A stretch of DNA of 64,000 nucleotides from contig UQPJ01000001.1 in assembly GCA_900543015.1 (NCBI GenBank), forward strand, positions 7,283 to 71,282, written 5' to 3'. A program made the translations under genes and the position numbers. This DNA comes from an uncultured Collinsella sp. Its GTDB lineage: Bacteria > Actinomycetota > Coriobacteriia > Coriobacteriales > Coriobacteriaceae. Shown here piece after piece: positions 1 through 8,454 of the stretch. A model generated the notes under the pieces. That model worked only from the letters and a program-made list of their open reading frames with translations, ran no database searches and was not told the origin of the DNA. Every line of letters starts with the position of its first letter. Position 1 is the first letter of the stretch.

Positions 1-111
1 ACCATACCGGCTTTTTCGAAATAGAGCAAGCCGTTTACCTGCGGTTTTAGTATTTCGGAATTGCGTATGGTTGGGGGTTTGCGATTCAGCCCCGTAAACC
101 GGCATAGTTTT
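1..111. repeat. Family-A inverted-repeat element, truncated by window edge
   Basis: Right arm AGCCCCGTAAACCGGCATAGTTTT (88-111) and inner core CCATAC...TACCTGCGGTTTT...GTATGG match the copies at 17331-17482 and 24651-24802. Confidence 0.9.
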
Positions 112-158
112 GAAATGGCCGGTTGATAGACGGGCATCGTGGCCCTCAAGAGCCAAAC

Positions 159-435
159 TGATCCGTTTTCTTCCGTCTCCAGACATCCCCGGGGAATCAG
201 CTGAACCCGCCCGCCACGGAATCGGCCTATCTACTACGTTTGGCCCGACGCCCCCAAACACAACCGCGTTTTATGAAAAACCGCAGGCTTTCTACCTGCG
301 GTTTTCTTTTTGCGTTGCTCGCTGTGGTTGAGGGTAGTGGCTTAAACGTAGTAGATGGGCCAGTTTCGTGGCAAGCGGGCCGCGTGGATGCCCTCGCGAG
401 GTGAAAATGATCCCTTTTCCTCCGTCCCCAGGGGA
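159..435. repeat. Family-B element flanked by two G motifs
   Basis: Arms ATCTACTACGTTT (229-241) and AAACGTAGTAGAT (344-356); TGATCC(G/C)TTTTC(T/C)TCCGTC motifs near 159 and 408; essentially the reverse complement of 17516-17785. Confidence 0.9.
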
Positions 436-445
436 TTAGTTGGGG

Positions 446-1264
446 CTAGAGCTCTAGGGTGAGGGTGACGGGGCAGTGGTCACTGCCAAAGATGTCGCCG
501 CGGATGCCGGCGTCGCGCACATTGCCGGCGATTGCGTCGCTCACCAGGAAGTAGTCGATGCGCCAGCCGGCGTTGTTCTTGCGGGCATTAAAGCGATAGC
601 TCCACCAGCTGTAGACGCCCTCGACGTCGGGATTTGCCGCGCGCCAGGTATCGGTAAACCCGGCGTTGAGCAGCTCGGTAAACTTGCCGCGCTCTCCGTC
701 CGAAAAGCCGGCGTTGCCGCGGTTGGGTTTGGGGTTCTTAAGGTCGATCTCCTCGTGCGCCACGTTAAAGTCGCCGCAGGTTACGACGGGCTTACCGGTC
801 TCGCGTTCAAGCGCGCTCAAAAAGTCGCGATAGGCATCGTCCCAAGCCATGCGTACATCGATGCGCGCGAGCTCATTTTGGGCGTTAGGCGTGTAGACAT
901 CCACAAGCCAAAACTTGTCGAACTCGAGCGCGCAGACGCGGCCCTCGGTTGCGGCTTGGGCGACGAGCTCGGCCGCCTCGTTCTCGCCGGCGTAGGGTAG
1001 CAGTGCGTTGGCGTGCAGCACGCGCAGCGGTTTCTGGCGGCTAAAGACCGCAGTGCCCGAATAGCCTTTACGCTCGGCGTAGCTCCAGGTTTGGTGATAG
1101 CCGGGCAGGTCAATATCGACCTGGCCTTCTTGCAGCTTGGTCTCTTGCAGCGCCAGGATATCGACGTCGAGTTCTTGCGCGATCTGGATAAAGCTCGGGT
1201 CCTTTTTGAGCACGGCGCGCAGGCCGTTGACGTTCCACGAGGCGAAAGTGTAAGTCTGAGGCAT
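446..1264 (-). CDS. xth: Exodeoxyribonuclease III (AP endonuclease)
   Basis: SWNVNGLRA, LQETK, GDFNVAH, WWSYR, GWRIDY and GSDHCPV motifs. Confidence 0.95.
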   Translation of the reverse strand: MPQTYTFASWNVNGLRAVLKKDPSFIQIAQELDVDILALQETKLQEGQVDIDLPGYHQTWSYAERKGYSGTAVFSRQKPLRVLHANALLPYAGENEAAELVAQAATEGRVCALEFDKFWLVDVYTPNAQNELARIDVRMAWDDAYRDFLSALERETGKPVVTCGDFNVAHEEIDLKNPKPNRGNAGFSDGERGKFTELLNAGFTDTWRAANPDVEGVYSWWSYRFNARKNNAGWRIDYFLVSDAIAGNVRDAGIRGDIFGSDHCPVTLTLEL

Positions 1265-1399
1265 GGTGTCCTTTCGACGGGGTTTGCAGGCTTAAGATTA
1301 GCGCAACAGGGGCGGGGTGGGCTCCGCGCGTGCTGGCTCAAAGGCCGCATGCCGGGATGTCGCCCGATGCTGCCCGACCAACAAGGACGGAGGACTCAT

Positions 1400-2152
1400 A
1401 TGACGCAGGCAATATCGGATCCCAAACAGGCCTCTGCCGCGCTGGCGGAGCTGTTCGAAACCCATAGTCACGTGGTCTTCTTTGGCGGCGCGGGTGTTTC
1501 CACGGCAAGCGGCATTCCCGATTTCCGCAGCGTGGACGGTCTGTATCACCAGCAGTTTGCCTACCCGCCCGAGACTATGCTCTCGCATAGCTTTTATGAG
1601 GCGCATCCGGCCGAGTTCTTCGACTTCTACCGCACCAAGATGATTGCGCTTGGCGCCAAGCCCAACCGCTGCCACACCAAGCTGGCCGAGTTGGAGCGCG
1701 CCGGTAAGCTAAATGCCGTGGTGACGCAAAATATCGACGGCCTGCATCAGATGGCCGGCTCTCAGCGCGTGTTCGAGCTGCACGGATCGGTCCATCGCAA
1801 CATTTGCCCGTCGTGCGGCGCGGTCTATAGCGCCGAGTGGATTTGCTCGCGCGAGCACGAGGACGCCGCGGGCGTACCCGTGTGTCCTGCGTGCGGTGGT
1901 CGCATCAAGCCCGATGTGGTGCTCTACGAGGAGCCGCTCGACGAGCACGTGCTGACCGGCGCCGTTGCCGCCATCGCCGCGGCCGATGCCCTCATTGTGG
2001 GTGGGACCTCGCTCGTGGTGTATCCGGCGGCGGGCCTTACGCGTTACTTTACCGGCGATACGCTGGCCATTTGCAATTTGGCGCCTACCGATCAGGATGC
2101 AAATGCCGACCTGCTGATTTCTTGCGACATCGCGGCCGCGTTTGCGTTCTAG
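1400..2152 (+). CDS. cobB: NAD-dependent protein deacylase, Sir2 family
   Basis: GGAGVSTASGIPDFR, TQNIDGLH, ELHGS and two CxxC motifs; GGAGG RBS before ATG 1400. Confidence 0.93.
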   Translation: MTQAISDPKQASAALAELFETHSHVVFFGGAGVSTASGIPDFRSVDGLYHQQFAYPPETMLSHSFYEAHPAEFFDFYRTKMIALGAKPNRCHTKLAELERAGKLNAVVTQNIDGLHQMAGSQRVFELHGSVHRNICPSCGAVYSAEWICSREHEDAAGVPVCPACGGRIKPDVVLYEEPLDEHVLTGAVAAIAAADALIVGGTSLVVYPAAGLTRYFTGDTLAICNLAPTDQDANADLLISCDIAAAFAF

Positions 2153-2247
2153 CCCGTGTGCGCGGATACAATAGAAAGACTGAGTGCAAAGCGACCCCGC
2201 CGCCAGCTCCCCAAGCTCGGCGGCGTGGGCATTTTAGGAGGATGTTC

Positions 2248-3978
2248 ATGGCGAACGACAGCAAGACATGGCGGTGCGGAAAGTATGAGCTCAGCTTTGA
2301 CCGTCCGCGCATCATGGGCGTCCTCAACGTGACGCCCGATTCGTTTAGCGACGGCGGGGAGCACTTCGACCCGGATGCCGCCATCGAGTACGGCCTGGCG
2401 ATGCTTGACGCCGGCGCCGACATCATCGACGTGGGCGGTGAGTCCACGCGCCCCGGCTTTACCCCGGTTAATCCCGACGAGGAGGCTCGCCGCGTGCTGC
2501 CCGTGGTGCGCGCGCTGGCCAAAGAGGGCGCCATCGTCTCGATCGACACGCGCCACGTGGCGGTTGCCAAGGCGGCCGTGCGCTGCGGCGCCTCGATCGT
2601 CAACGACGTGACGGGCTTCACCGACCCCAAGATGGTCGAGTTTGTTAAGACGAGCACCTGCGGCGTCATCGTGATGCATGCCGGCGAGGTCGCCGCGCCT
2701 ACACGCACGCACGCAACGGTGCAGCTCGATACCTCGGCTGCGGCGTTTGTTGCCGAGAAGGCGCGCGAGGCGGCTGCCGAGGCCGCGCGTGAGGCTGAGA
2801 AGCCGGCTCGCCGCCGTCGCGGCAAGTTGCTGGGCGAGCCTAAGCCGGAGGCCAAGCTTCCGGGCGGCGTGGTGCAGCCCTCGTTGCCGTTTGGCGATCC
2901 GGAGCCCGCGACCGAGCCTGCAAGCGAGCAGGAGACGCCGGCCGCCGAGCAGGCTGCTGCCGCCGAGACCGTCGCGCCCGCGCCCGAGGCCACCGAGGCC
3001 GCATCGGAGCCCAATGACCGCCTGGCCGCCATGATGCGCCGCAGCGCCCGCCGCGAGGAAGCCTACGTGCCCACCTCGCAGCTCCGCCGCTTCACCCTGC
3101 CCGATTCGGCGCCCATCATGCGCCGCGTCATGGGCTTTCTGTCCGACCAGGCCCGCGCGCTCATCCACGCCGGCGTGTCGCGCGACCGCATCTGCATTGA
3201 TCCCGGTCCGGGCTTTGGCAAGACGGCCAACGAGGACATCGTCATCCAGCGCGAGACTGCCAAGATGGCGTCACTGGGTTATCCGCTCATGTGCGCCGTA
3301 TCGCGCAAGCGCTTTGTGGGCGCCGTCTCGGGCGTGACCGAGGCCGCCGAGCGCGATGCCGCTACGTTTGGCGTGTGCCTGGGCGCCATCCAGGCCGGTG
3401 CCAACATTGTGCGCGTGCACGACGCCGCGGGCTTTGCGCAGTTCCTGAACGGCTACTGGGCGGTTGCCAAGCCGCAGCCGCGCCGCGCGTTTGTGGCCGT
3501 GGGCTCCAACCTGGGGCATCGCTGTGACAACATCCGCGCCGCACGCGACATGATCGCCGAGATTCCACTCACCTGCGTGTCCAACTCCTCCAAGATCTAC
3601 GAGAGCGAGCCGGCCTACGAGACGCGCCAGGACGCGTTTGCCAACGCCGTCATCGAGATTAAGACCGAGCTGGCTCCGCTGGTGCTGCTTGACGAGCTCA
3701 TGAAGATCGAGGCCGAGCTGGGCCGCGACCGTTCCAAGAAGGCCAAGGCCAACGGCCCGCGCACCATCGACTTGGACCTGCTGTGGATGGACGGCGAGAC
3801 CCACGGCGGCAAGAAGCTGCGCCTGCCGCATCCGCTGATCGGCGAGCGTGACTTTGTGCTGGTGCCGCTCGAGGACCTGATGCACGACCCGGCTCGGTTC
3901 TTCCGCTACAACGGCGTCGAGGTCAAGGAGCCCGAGGATCGCGTGGGCCATATCGTGGGCGAATTGGGGCGTATGTAG
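2248..3978 (+). CDS. folP: Dihydropteroate synthase (FolP) fused to C-terminal HPPK (FolK), with an internal low-complexity insertion
   Basis: MGVLNVTPDSFSDGG, DVGGESTRPG, DPGPGFGK, SRKRF; then VAVGSNLG, GPRTIDLDLL, LPHP..ERDFVLVPL; AGGAG RBS. Confidence 0.92.
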   Translation: MANDSKTWRCGKYELSFDRPRIMGVLNVTPDSFSDGGEHFDPDAAIEYGLAMLDAGADIIDVGGESTRPGFTPVNPDEEARRVLPVVRALAKEGAIVSIDTRHVAVAKAAVRCGASIVNDVTGFTDPKMVEFVKTSTCGVIVMHAGEVAAPTRTHATVQLDTSAAAFVAEKAREAAAEAAREAEKPARRRRGKLLGEPKPEAKLPGGVVQPSLPFGDPEPATEPASEQETPAAEQAAAAETVAPAPEATEAASEPNDRLAAMMRRSARREEAYVPTSQLRRFTLPDSAPIMRRVMGFLSDQARALIHAGVSRDRICIDPGPGFGKTANEDIVIQRETAKMASLGYPLMCAVSRKRFVGAVSGVTEAAERDAATFGVCLGAIQAGANIVRVHDAAGFAQFLNGYWAVAKPQPRRAFVAVGSNLGHRCDNIRAARDMIAEIPLTCVSNSSKIYESEPAYETRQDAFANAVIEIKTELAPLVLLDELMKIEAELGRDRSKKAKANGPRTIDLDLLWMDGETHGGKKLRLPHPLIGERDFVLVPLEDLMHDPARFFRYNGVEVKEPEDRVGHIVGELGRM

Positions 3979-4680
3979 ATGATCGAGATGAATGCTGTTG
4001 CCGCTGGCACCGAGCTCGACGCGGCGCGTGACGCGGGCCGCGAGGGCGTGTCCGCGGGCTGGTGCGCGTGGAGCGTGGGCGATGCTTCGCTGACGTTTTC
4101 GCTGGTTGTGCGCCCCGATGTGAACATGCACGCCTTCCACGGCCTGCCGTTTGTGGCCGCGATGGGCATGATGGACGCGCTCGTGGGCACGGCTTCGACG
4201 CCGGGGTTGGGCCTTGCCGGTAAAGTGGGTATCCAGTGGCCGAGCGATATCGTGTGCGGTGCGCCTGCGTTTGAGGCGTCGCTCGCGCGTGTTGCCGTGA
4301 ACGGCGGTGCCGGTGCTGCGGGCATGTTTGCCGCGGTGACGGTTGATATTGAGCGTGCGGCGCTGGGTGAGCTTGGCGTGGATATGGCAGATGAGGCGCT
4401 GATCGAGGCATTGGCCGCCGCTGTGCTGACCCGCGTTGACGCCTGGGCGGTTGCCGCCAACACGCCGCAGGGCGCTGCCGGCCCGCTGGCTCCGGTGCTG
4501 GGCGAGTACTTTGACATGGTGCCACTGCTGGGTCGTCAGGTCGCGGCGGTGTCGCCCAACGGTTTGCCGCTTGCGGTCGGTGTGTTTGCGGGCCTGGACA
4601 TCTGGGGTCGCGCGACCATCAAGACCGATGCCGGCGAGCAGGAGTTTCCGCCCGAGGCCGTACGGATTCGCGGACTGTAG
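3979..4680 (+). CDS. Degenerate biotin-protein-ligase (BirA/BPL)-like protein
   Basis: LTFSLVVRP, IQWPSD (cf. KWPND), LLGRQV...GVFAGLDIWGRATI (BPL C-domain-like); no GRGR loop. Confidence 0.65.
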   Translation: MIEMNAVAAGTELDAARDAGREGVSAGWCAWSVGDASLTFSLVVRPDVNMHAFHGLPFVAAMGMMDALVGTASTPGLGLAGKVGIQWPSDIVCGAPAFEASLARVAVNGGAGAAGMFAAVTVDIERAALGELGVDMADEALIEALAAAVLTRVDAWAVAANTPQGAAGPLAPVLGEYFDMVPLLGRQVAAVSPNGLPLAVGVFAGLDIWGRATIKTDAGEQEFPPEAVRIRGL

Positions 4681-4713
4681 TGCGGGTCGTTCGCGGCTAA
4701 AGATAACGACAAC

Positions 4714-4793
4714 AAAGCCCTCCCCGGTGCTGAACTGCCTCCCATTTCTCATGTCCAAGAAATGGGAGGCAGTTCAGCACCGGGGAGGGCTTT
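4714..4793. repeat. Perfect 36-bp-arm palindrome between convergent genes
   Basis: 4714-4749 is the exact reverse complement of 4758-4793; 8-nt loop. Confidence 0.92.
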
Positions 4794-4914
4794 CGCCTAT
4801 CTGGGGGACGGATCGCCAGCATCCTATTCCTCAAAATCGAAATATTTTCAATTTTGAGGAATAGGACCGGTGCGTTGCCCAATTCGCCGCTCGCGCTCGA
4901 CTTAAGCCACTGTC

Positions 4915-5688
4915 CTACGCCAGCTTCTGCATGCGGCGGTAGATTTCGCAGATGCCTTTGATGGTGAGCTGCCCGTCGACCACGTCGAAGGCATCGGTCG
5001 AATCGGCGACGATGCCGGCGAGACCGCCTGTGGCGATAACGGTGGCGTCCTCGCGGCCCAGCTCGCGCTTCATGCGAGCGACCAGGCCTTCGGCCATGGC
5101 GGCAGCGCCCACCACGGCGCCGACCTTGATGCACTCCTCGGTATCGCGGCCGATGGCGTGCTCGGGCGCCTCGAGGGGAACGCTGGCGAGCTTGGCGGCT
5201 CGGGCGGCGAGCGCGTCCATGGAGATGCGGATGCCCGGCGCAATCGCTCCGCCAATGTAATAGCCGTCCTCGTCGATGACATCGATATTGGTCGCGGTGC
5301 CAAAGTCCACCACGATTGCCGGCGCGCCGTAGAAGGTCTCGGCTGCGACGGCGTTGGCGACGCGGTCGGCACCTACGGCCTGGGGGCGCGCCGCGCGCAG
5401 CTTGGTCACGGCGGCCGTCTGCGGCCCAATGACGATGGCGTCCGCCGCGATGCGGTCGGCCACGGCGTGCCACTCGCGCGAGAGCTGCGGCACCACGCCA
5501 GCAAAGGCAATCGCGTCGACCGCGTCGAGTGAGAGGCCGTACATCTTAAAGAAACCCATCAGGCGCACGTGGATCTCGTCGGCGGTATAGGAGCGGTCGG
5601 TGGGCATGCGCCACGACTGCACCAGCTCGTCTCCGTCAAACAGACCCATGGCCGTCTGCGTGTTTCCCATATCGATAGCGAGCAGCAT
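4915..5688 (-). CDS. coaX: Type III pantothenate kinase
   Basis: MLLAIDMGNT, VGADR, VVDFGTATNID, GGAIAPG, VIATGG; true start at ATG 5688 inside the longer listed ORF. Confidence 0.93.
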   Translation of the reverse strand: MLLAIDMGNTQTAMGLFDGDELVQSWRMPTDRSYTADEIHVRLMGFFKMYGLSLDAVDAIAFAGVVPQLSREWHAVADRIAADAIVIGPQTAAVTKLRAARPQAVGADRVANAVAAETFYGAPAIVVDFGTATNIDVIDEDGYYIGGAIAPGIRISMDALAARAAKLASVPLEAPEHAIGRDTEECIKVGAVVGAAAMAEGLVARMKRELGREDATVIATGGLAGIVADSTDAFDVVDGQLTIKGICEIYRRMQKLA

Positions 5689-5824
5689 GTCTACTCCCGG
5701 TGTCGGCATAAAAGGACGCGCACCATTGTATACGTGCCATCGACGGCGCTCGGCTGTGATTCGTTTACGGTGATAAGGGCTGAGAGGTTTAAATATGAAG
5801 GAATTATGCTCTACGAGATTTTCC

Positions 5825-5853
5825 TTGCCGTTTACCGAACTCCCACGTAATAT
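5825..5853 (+). promoter_or_regulatory. Sigma70-type promoter for the tRNA
   Basis: TTGCCG-17 nt-TAATAT about 30 nt upstream of the tRNA. Confidence 0.55.
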
Positions 5854-5884
5854 TCTTTCTTGCGCACATGAGGCGCCCAGACAT

Positions 5885-5961
5885 TGCGGGGTGGAGCAGT
5901 CTGGTAGCTCGCCGGGCTCATAACCCGGAGGTCGTAGGTTCAAATCCTGCCCCCGCGACCA
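5885..5961 (+). tRNA. tRNA-Met(CAT), initiator type
   Basis: 77 nt cloverleaf, anticodon arm CCGGG-CTCATAA-CCCGG with three consecutive G-C pairs, T-loop GTTCAAATC, encoded CCA, U1-G72 at the acceptor end. Confidence 0.96.
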
Positions 5962-5970
5962 AGAACTTGC

Positions 5971-6000
5971 AGCTCGTCGGCTTAGCCGGCGAGCTTTTTT
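5971..6000 (+). terminator. Intrinsic terminator after the tRNA
   Basis: AGCTCGTCGGC-TTA-GCCGGCGAGCT followed by a T run. Confidence 0.8.
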
Positions 6001-6046
6001 GTTATTCCGGGACCGTGTTTTCGGTCCAATTCTCGGCCTCTCAAAC

Positions 6047-6189
6047 AAAATCTCGATCTGTAACATCTAGACCCGATTTGGGCGGCTAGGTGTTACAGAT
6101 CGAGATTTTCCGGCAGCCGGCCCCCGTTTGTCTAAATCTGTAACACGGGGGACGGATTTTGCCGAGTAGCTGTTACAGATTGAGATTTT
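6047..6189. repeat. Family-C 80-bp periodic array, 2 units
   Basis: TGTAACA at 6059 and 6139, TGTTACA at 6091 and 6171. Confidence 0.92.
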
Positions 6190-6442
6190 GTTGTTGCTCT
6201 CCTTTATGAGTGAATCTTGACTCTTTTTATTATGTGAGGCGGACGGGCTATCGATAATCACGGGCCGGATGGATTGACTTGTCGATTGATAGACTCCAAT
6301 TGGAAGGAGCTGCGACGACCCTTAACGATCCTTAACTAGAAACAGTGACGTCTTAAAAACAATAAAGGGGCCGCTATGTAGGGGCCGTCTATACGATGCC
6401 TTTGACTTACACTTCTTTATGGAGCCATGTAAGGAGGCGGCA

Positions 6443-7886
6443 ATGCAGCAACCCATCGCGACAAACGATGTGATTCTATTTTCCACTCTCAGGGAGAATC
6501 AGTACTTCGATCGAAAGAGCGCCCGCAAGGATGACAAGGAGATTGCGAAGCATTATTAGTGCATTCGCCAACTCGGCGGGAGGCAAGCTCGTTATCGGTA
6601 TCGAGGATAATGGTGAGGTAACGGGCTTCAAGCGTAACGGCGCGCGCGACATTGAGAAATTCGAGCGCGCTGCGCTCACGACTTGCACGCCAACCCCTAT
6701 TGTTCGCAAAGACCGAATCCCCGTGGTCAATTCTTCGGGCGAGGAGGACTTCGTTCTCGTTTTGGACATCGATGCCTCGACCAACCACTCTGTTGCTCGC
6801 GTGAGCGACGGCGAGGTTTTCTTGCGGCAGGACGACAAGAGCGTGAGGCTCAGCCGCGAACAGGTATTTGCCCTCGAGTACGATAAGGGGCAGAGAATCT
6901 TCGAGGACGAGCTTGTTGAGGATTCCTCCCTAGATGACGTGGACCATGAAGTGCTTGATCGCTACAAAGGGATTCTTGGAACCGAAGTTTCCGACGAGCA
7001 GGTCCTTAGAAGTCGTCGTTTTATGCGTGACGGAAAGCTGACCGTTGCTGGAGCCCTGCTATTCGCGCTGGATCCGTCCGCGATGATGCCACAGGCGCGA
7101 GTCCGTGTCCTGCGCTACGACGGCGTCAAAATGGAGACGGGCGAGCGTCTCAACATCACGAAAGAACGAAGCTTCTGTGGGCCGCTGCCTAAGGTGATCC
7201 AAGACGCCTACGAACTCATCTCGAGCATGCTCCGCGAATTTCAGTTCCTGGGGCCCGACGGGAAATTCCAGACCGTGCCTGAGTATCCTGAGTTCGCCTG
7301 GTTCGAGGGCTTGGTCAACGCGGTGACACATCGCGACTACTCGTTCCGCGGCGACTACATCCGGGTCTCGATGTTCGACGACCGTTTGGAAATCATCAGT
7401 CCAGGCGCGCTTCCCAATATCGTGACGCTCGACAACATGAGGACCACTCGTTACTCGCGCAACCCACGCATCGCGCGCACGCTGGTTGAATTTGGTTGGG
7501 TTCGGGAGCTAAACGAGGGCGTCAAGCGCATTTATACCGAGATGCAAAACTCTCTGCTCAATGATCCGGTCTACACGGAACCTGATGGGGCAAGGGTTCA
7601 GCTAACGCTTGAGAACAATATCGTTGCCAGAACCGTAAGGAGAAGCGAGGCTCTCGAGGACAAGGTATCACCGGAGGTGATCGCCTCATTGGGGGAGTAT
7701 GAGCTCGCCGCCGTCAGGTTGGCCTTTGCGAACGGAAGGGTGACAGCAAGGGAGCTTGCAGCGCACATCGGGAGAAATCGCCGCACAGCAAGCCGGGTGC
7801 TTGGTAAGTTAATTGAGGAAGACGGGCTGCTCGAATGGCACGGCTCATCCCATAACGACCCAAAACAGTTCTACACGATAAGGTAA
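6443..7886 (+). pseudogene. Schlafen/AlbA_2 + HATPase_c_4-like + winged-helix protein with a +1 frameshift near 6554
   Basis: AAGGAGG RBS and ATG 6443 give MQQP...ENQYFDRKSARKDDKEIAKH, then a stop at 6557-6559; the other frame continues ISAFANSAGGKLVIGIED, EGLVNAVTHRDY, DRLEIISPG, SRNPRIA and a C-terminal wHTH. Confidence 0.82.
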
Positions 7887-7901
7887 GGTGGTCGATCTAT
7901 T

Positions 7902-7963
7902 TCGCACCTCTGTCGCAGTAATGTCGCACCTCTGTCGCAGTAATGTCGCACCTCTGTCGCAGT
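7902..7963. repeat. Tandem 22-bp repeat (about 2.8 copies, 11-bp sub-period)
   Basis: TCGCACCTCTGTCGCAGTAATG starting at 7902, 7924 and 7946. Confidence 0.92.
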
Positions 7964-8007
7964 GGCTTCGATGACGCGTGGATATAGTCCCTCGGCAAAT
8001 CTCAAAC

Positions 8008-8309
8008 AAAATCTCAATCTGTAACGGGTAGGGGTCAAAAGCGGGCCTAGATGTTACGGATTGAGATTGTTGAGGATGGGCTGAGGGGAATGTCTTGATC
8101 TGTAACACGTGGGGCCGTTTTTGGCCGATAGATGTTACAGAACGAGATTTTTCGGCAGCCGGGCTCCGTTTATCTGAATCTGTGACACGAGGGACGGATT
8201 TTGCCGGGTAGCTGTTACAGATTTAGATGTTCTAGCGGGCCGGGTTGGTTTGTCTCGATCTGTAACAGGTGGAGGCCAAAAGTGGGCCTAACTGTTACAG
8301 ATTGAGATA
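8008..8309. repeat. Family-C 80-bp periodic array, 4 units
   Basis: TGT(A/G)AC at 8020, 8101, 8181, 8261; TGTTAC at 8052, 8133, 8213, 8293. Confidence 0.93.
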
Positions 8310-8454
8310 AACCGACGGGCCGCCCCGCCCATCCCCATCCACCCGCCGCCACCTGATATTCGCCGATTTCCGTTGCGCCACTGTGCTCCCATGCCATATC
8401 CTCTAGACAACTACGCGGCACCATCGCCGCCGCGCCTACAAGAGAGGAATATCC

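Noticed and set aside
110..331. Short ORFs within repeat clusters (also 17618-17927 and 24254-24815)
   Set aside because: They are translations of the non-coding repeat elements and reading frames are not conserved between copies
8008..8309. Canonical CRISPR array or integron attC cassettes
   Set aside because: Motifs alternate in orientation and are degenerate; GTTACAG does not fit GTTRRRY; there are no ORFs between units and no cas or intI gene
5885..8309. tRNA-integrated prophage or ICE
   Set aside because: No integrase or phage genes, and I saw no duplicated tRNA 3' end
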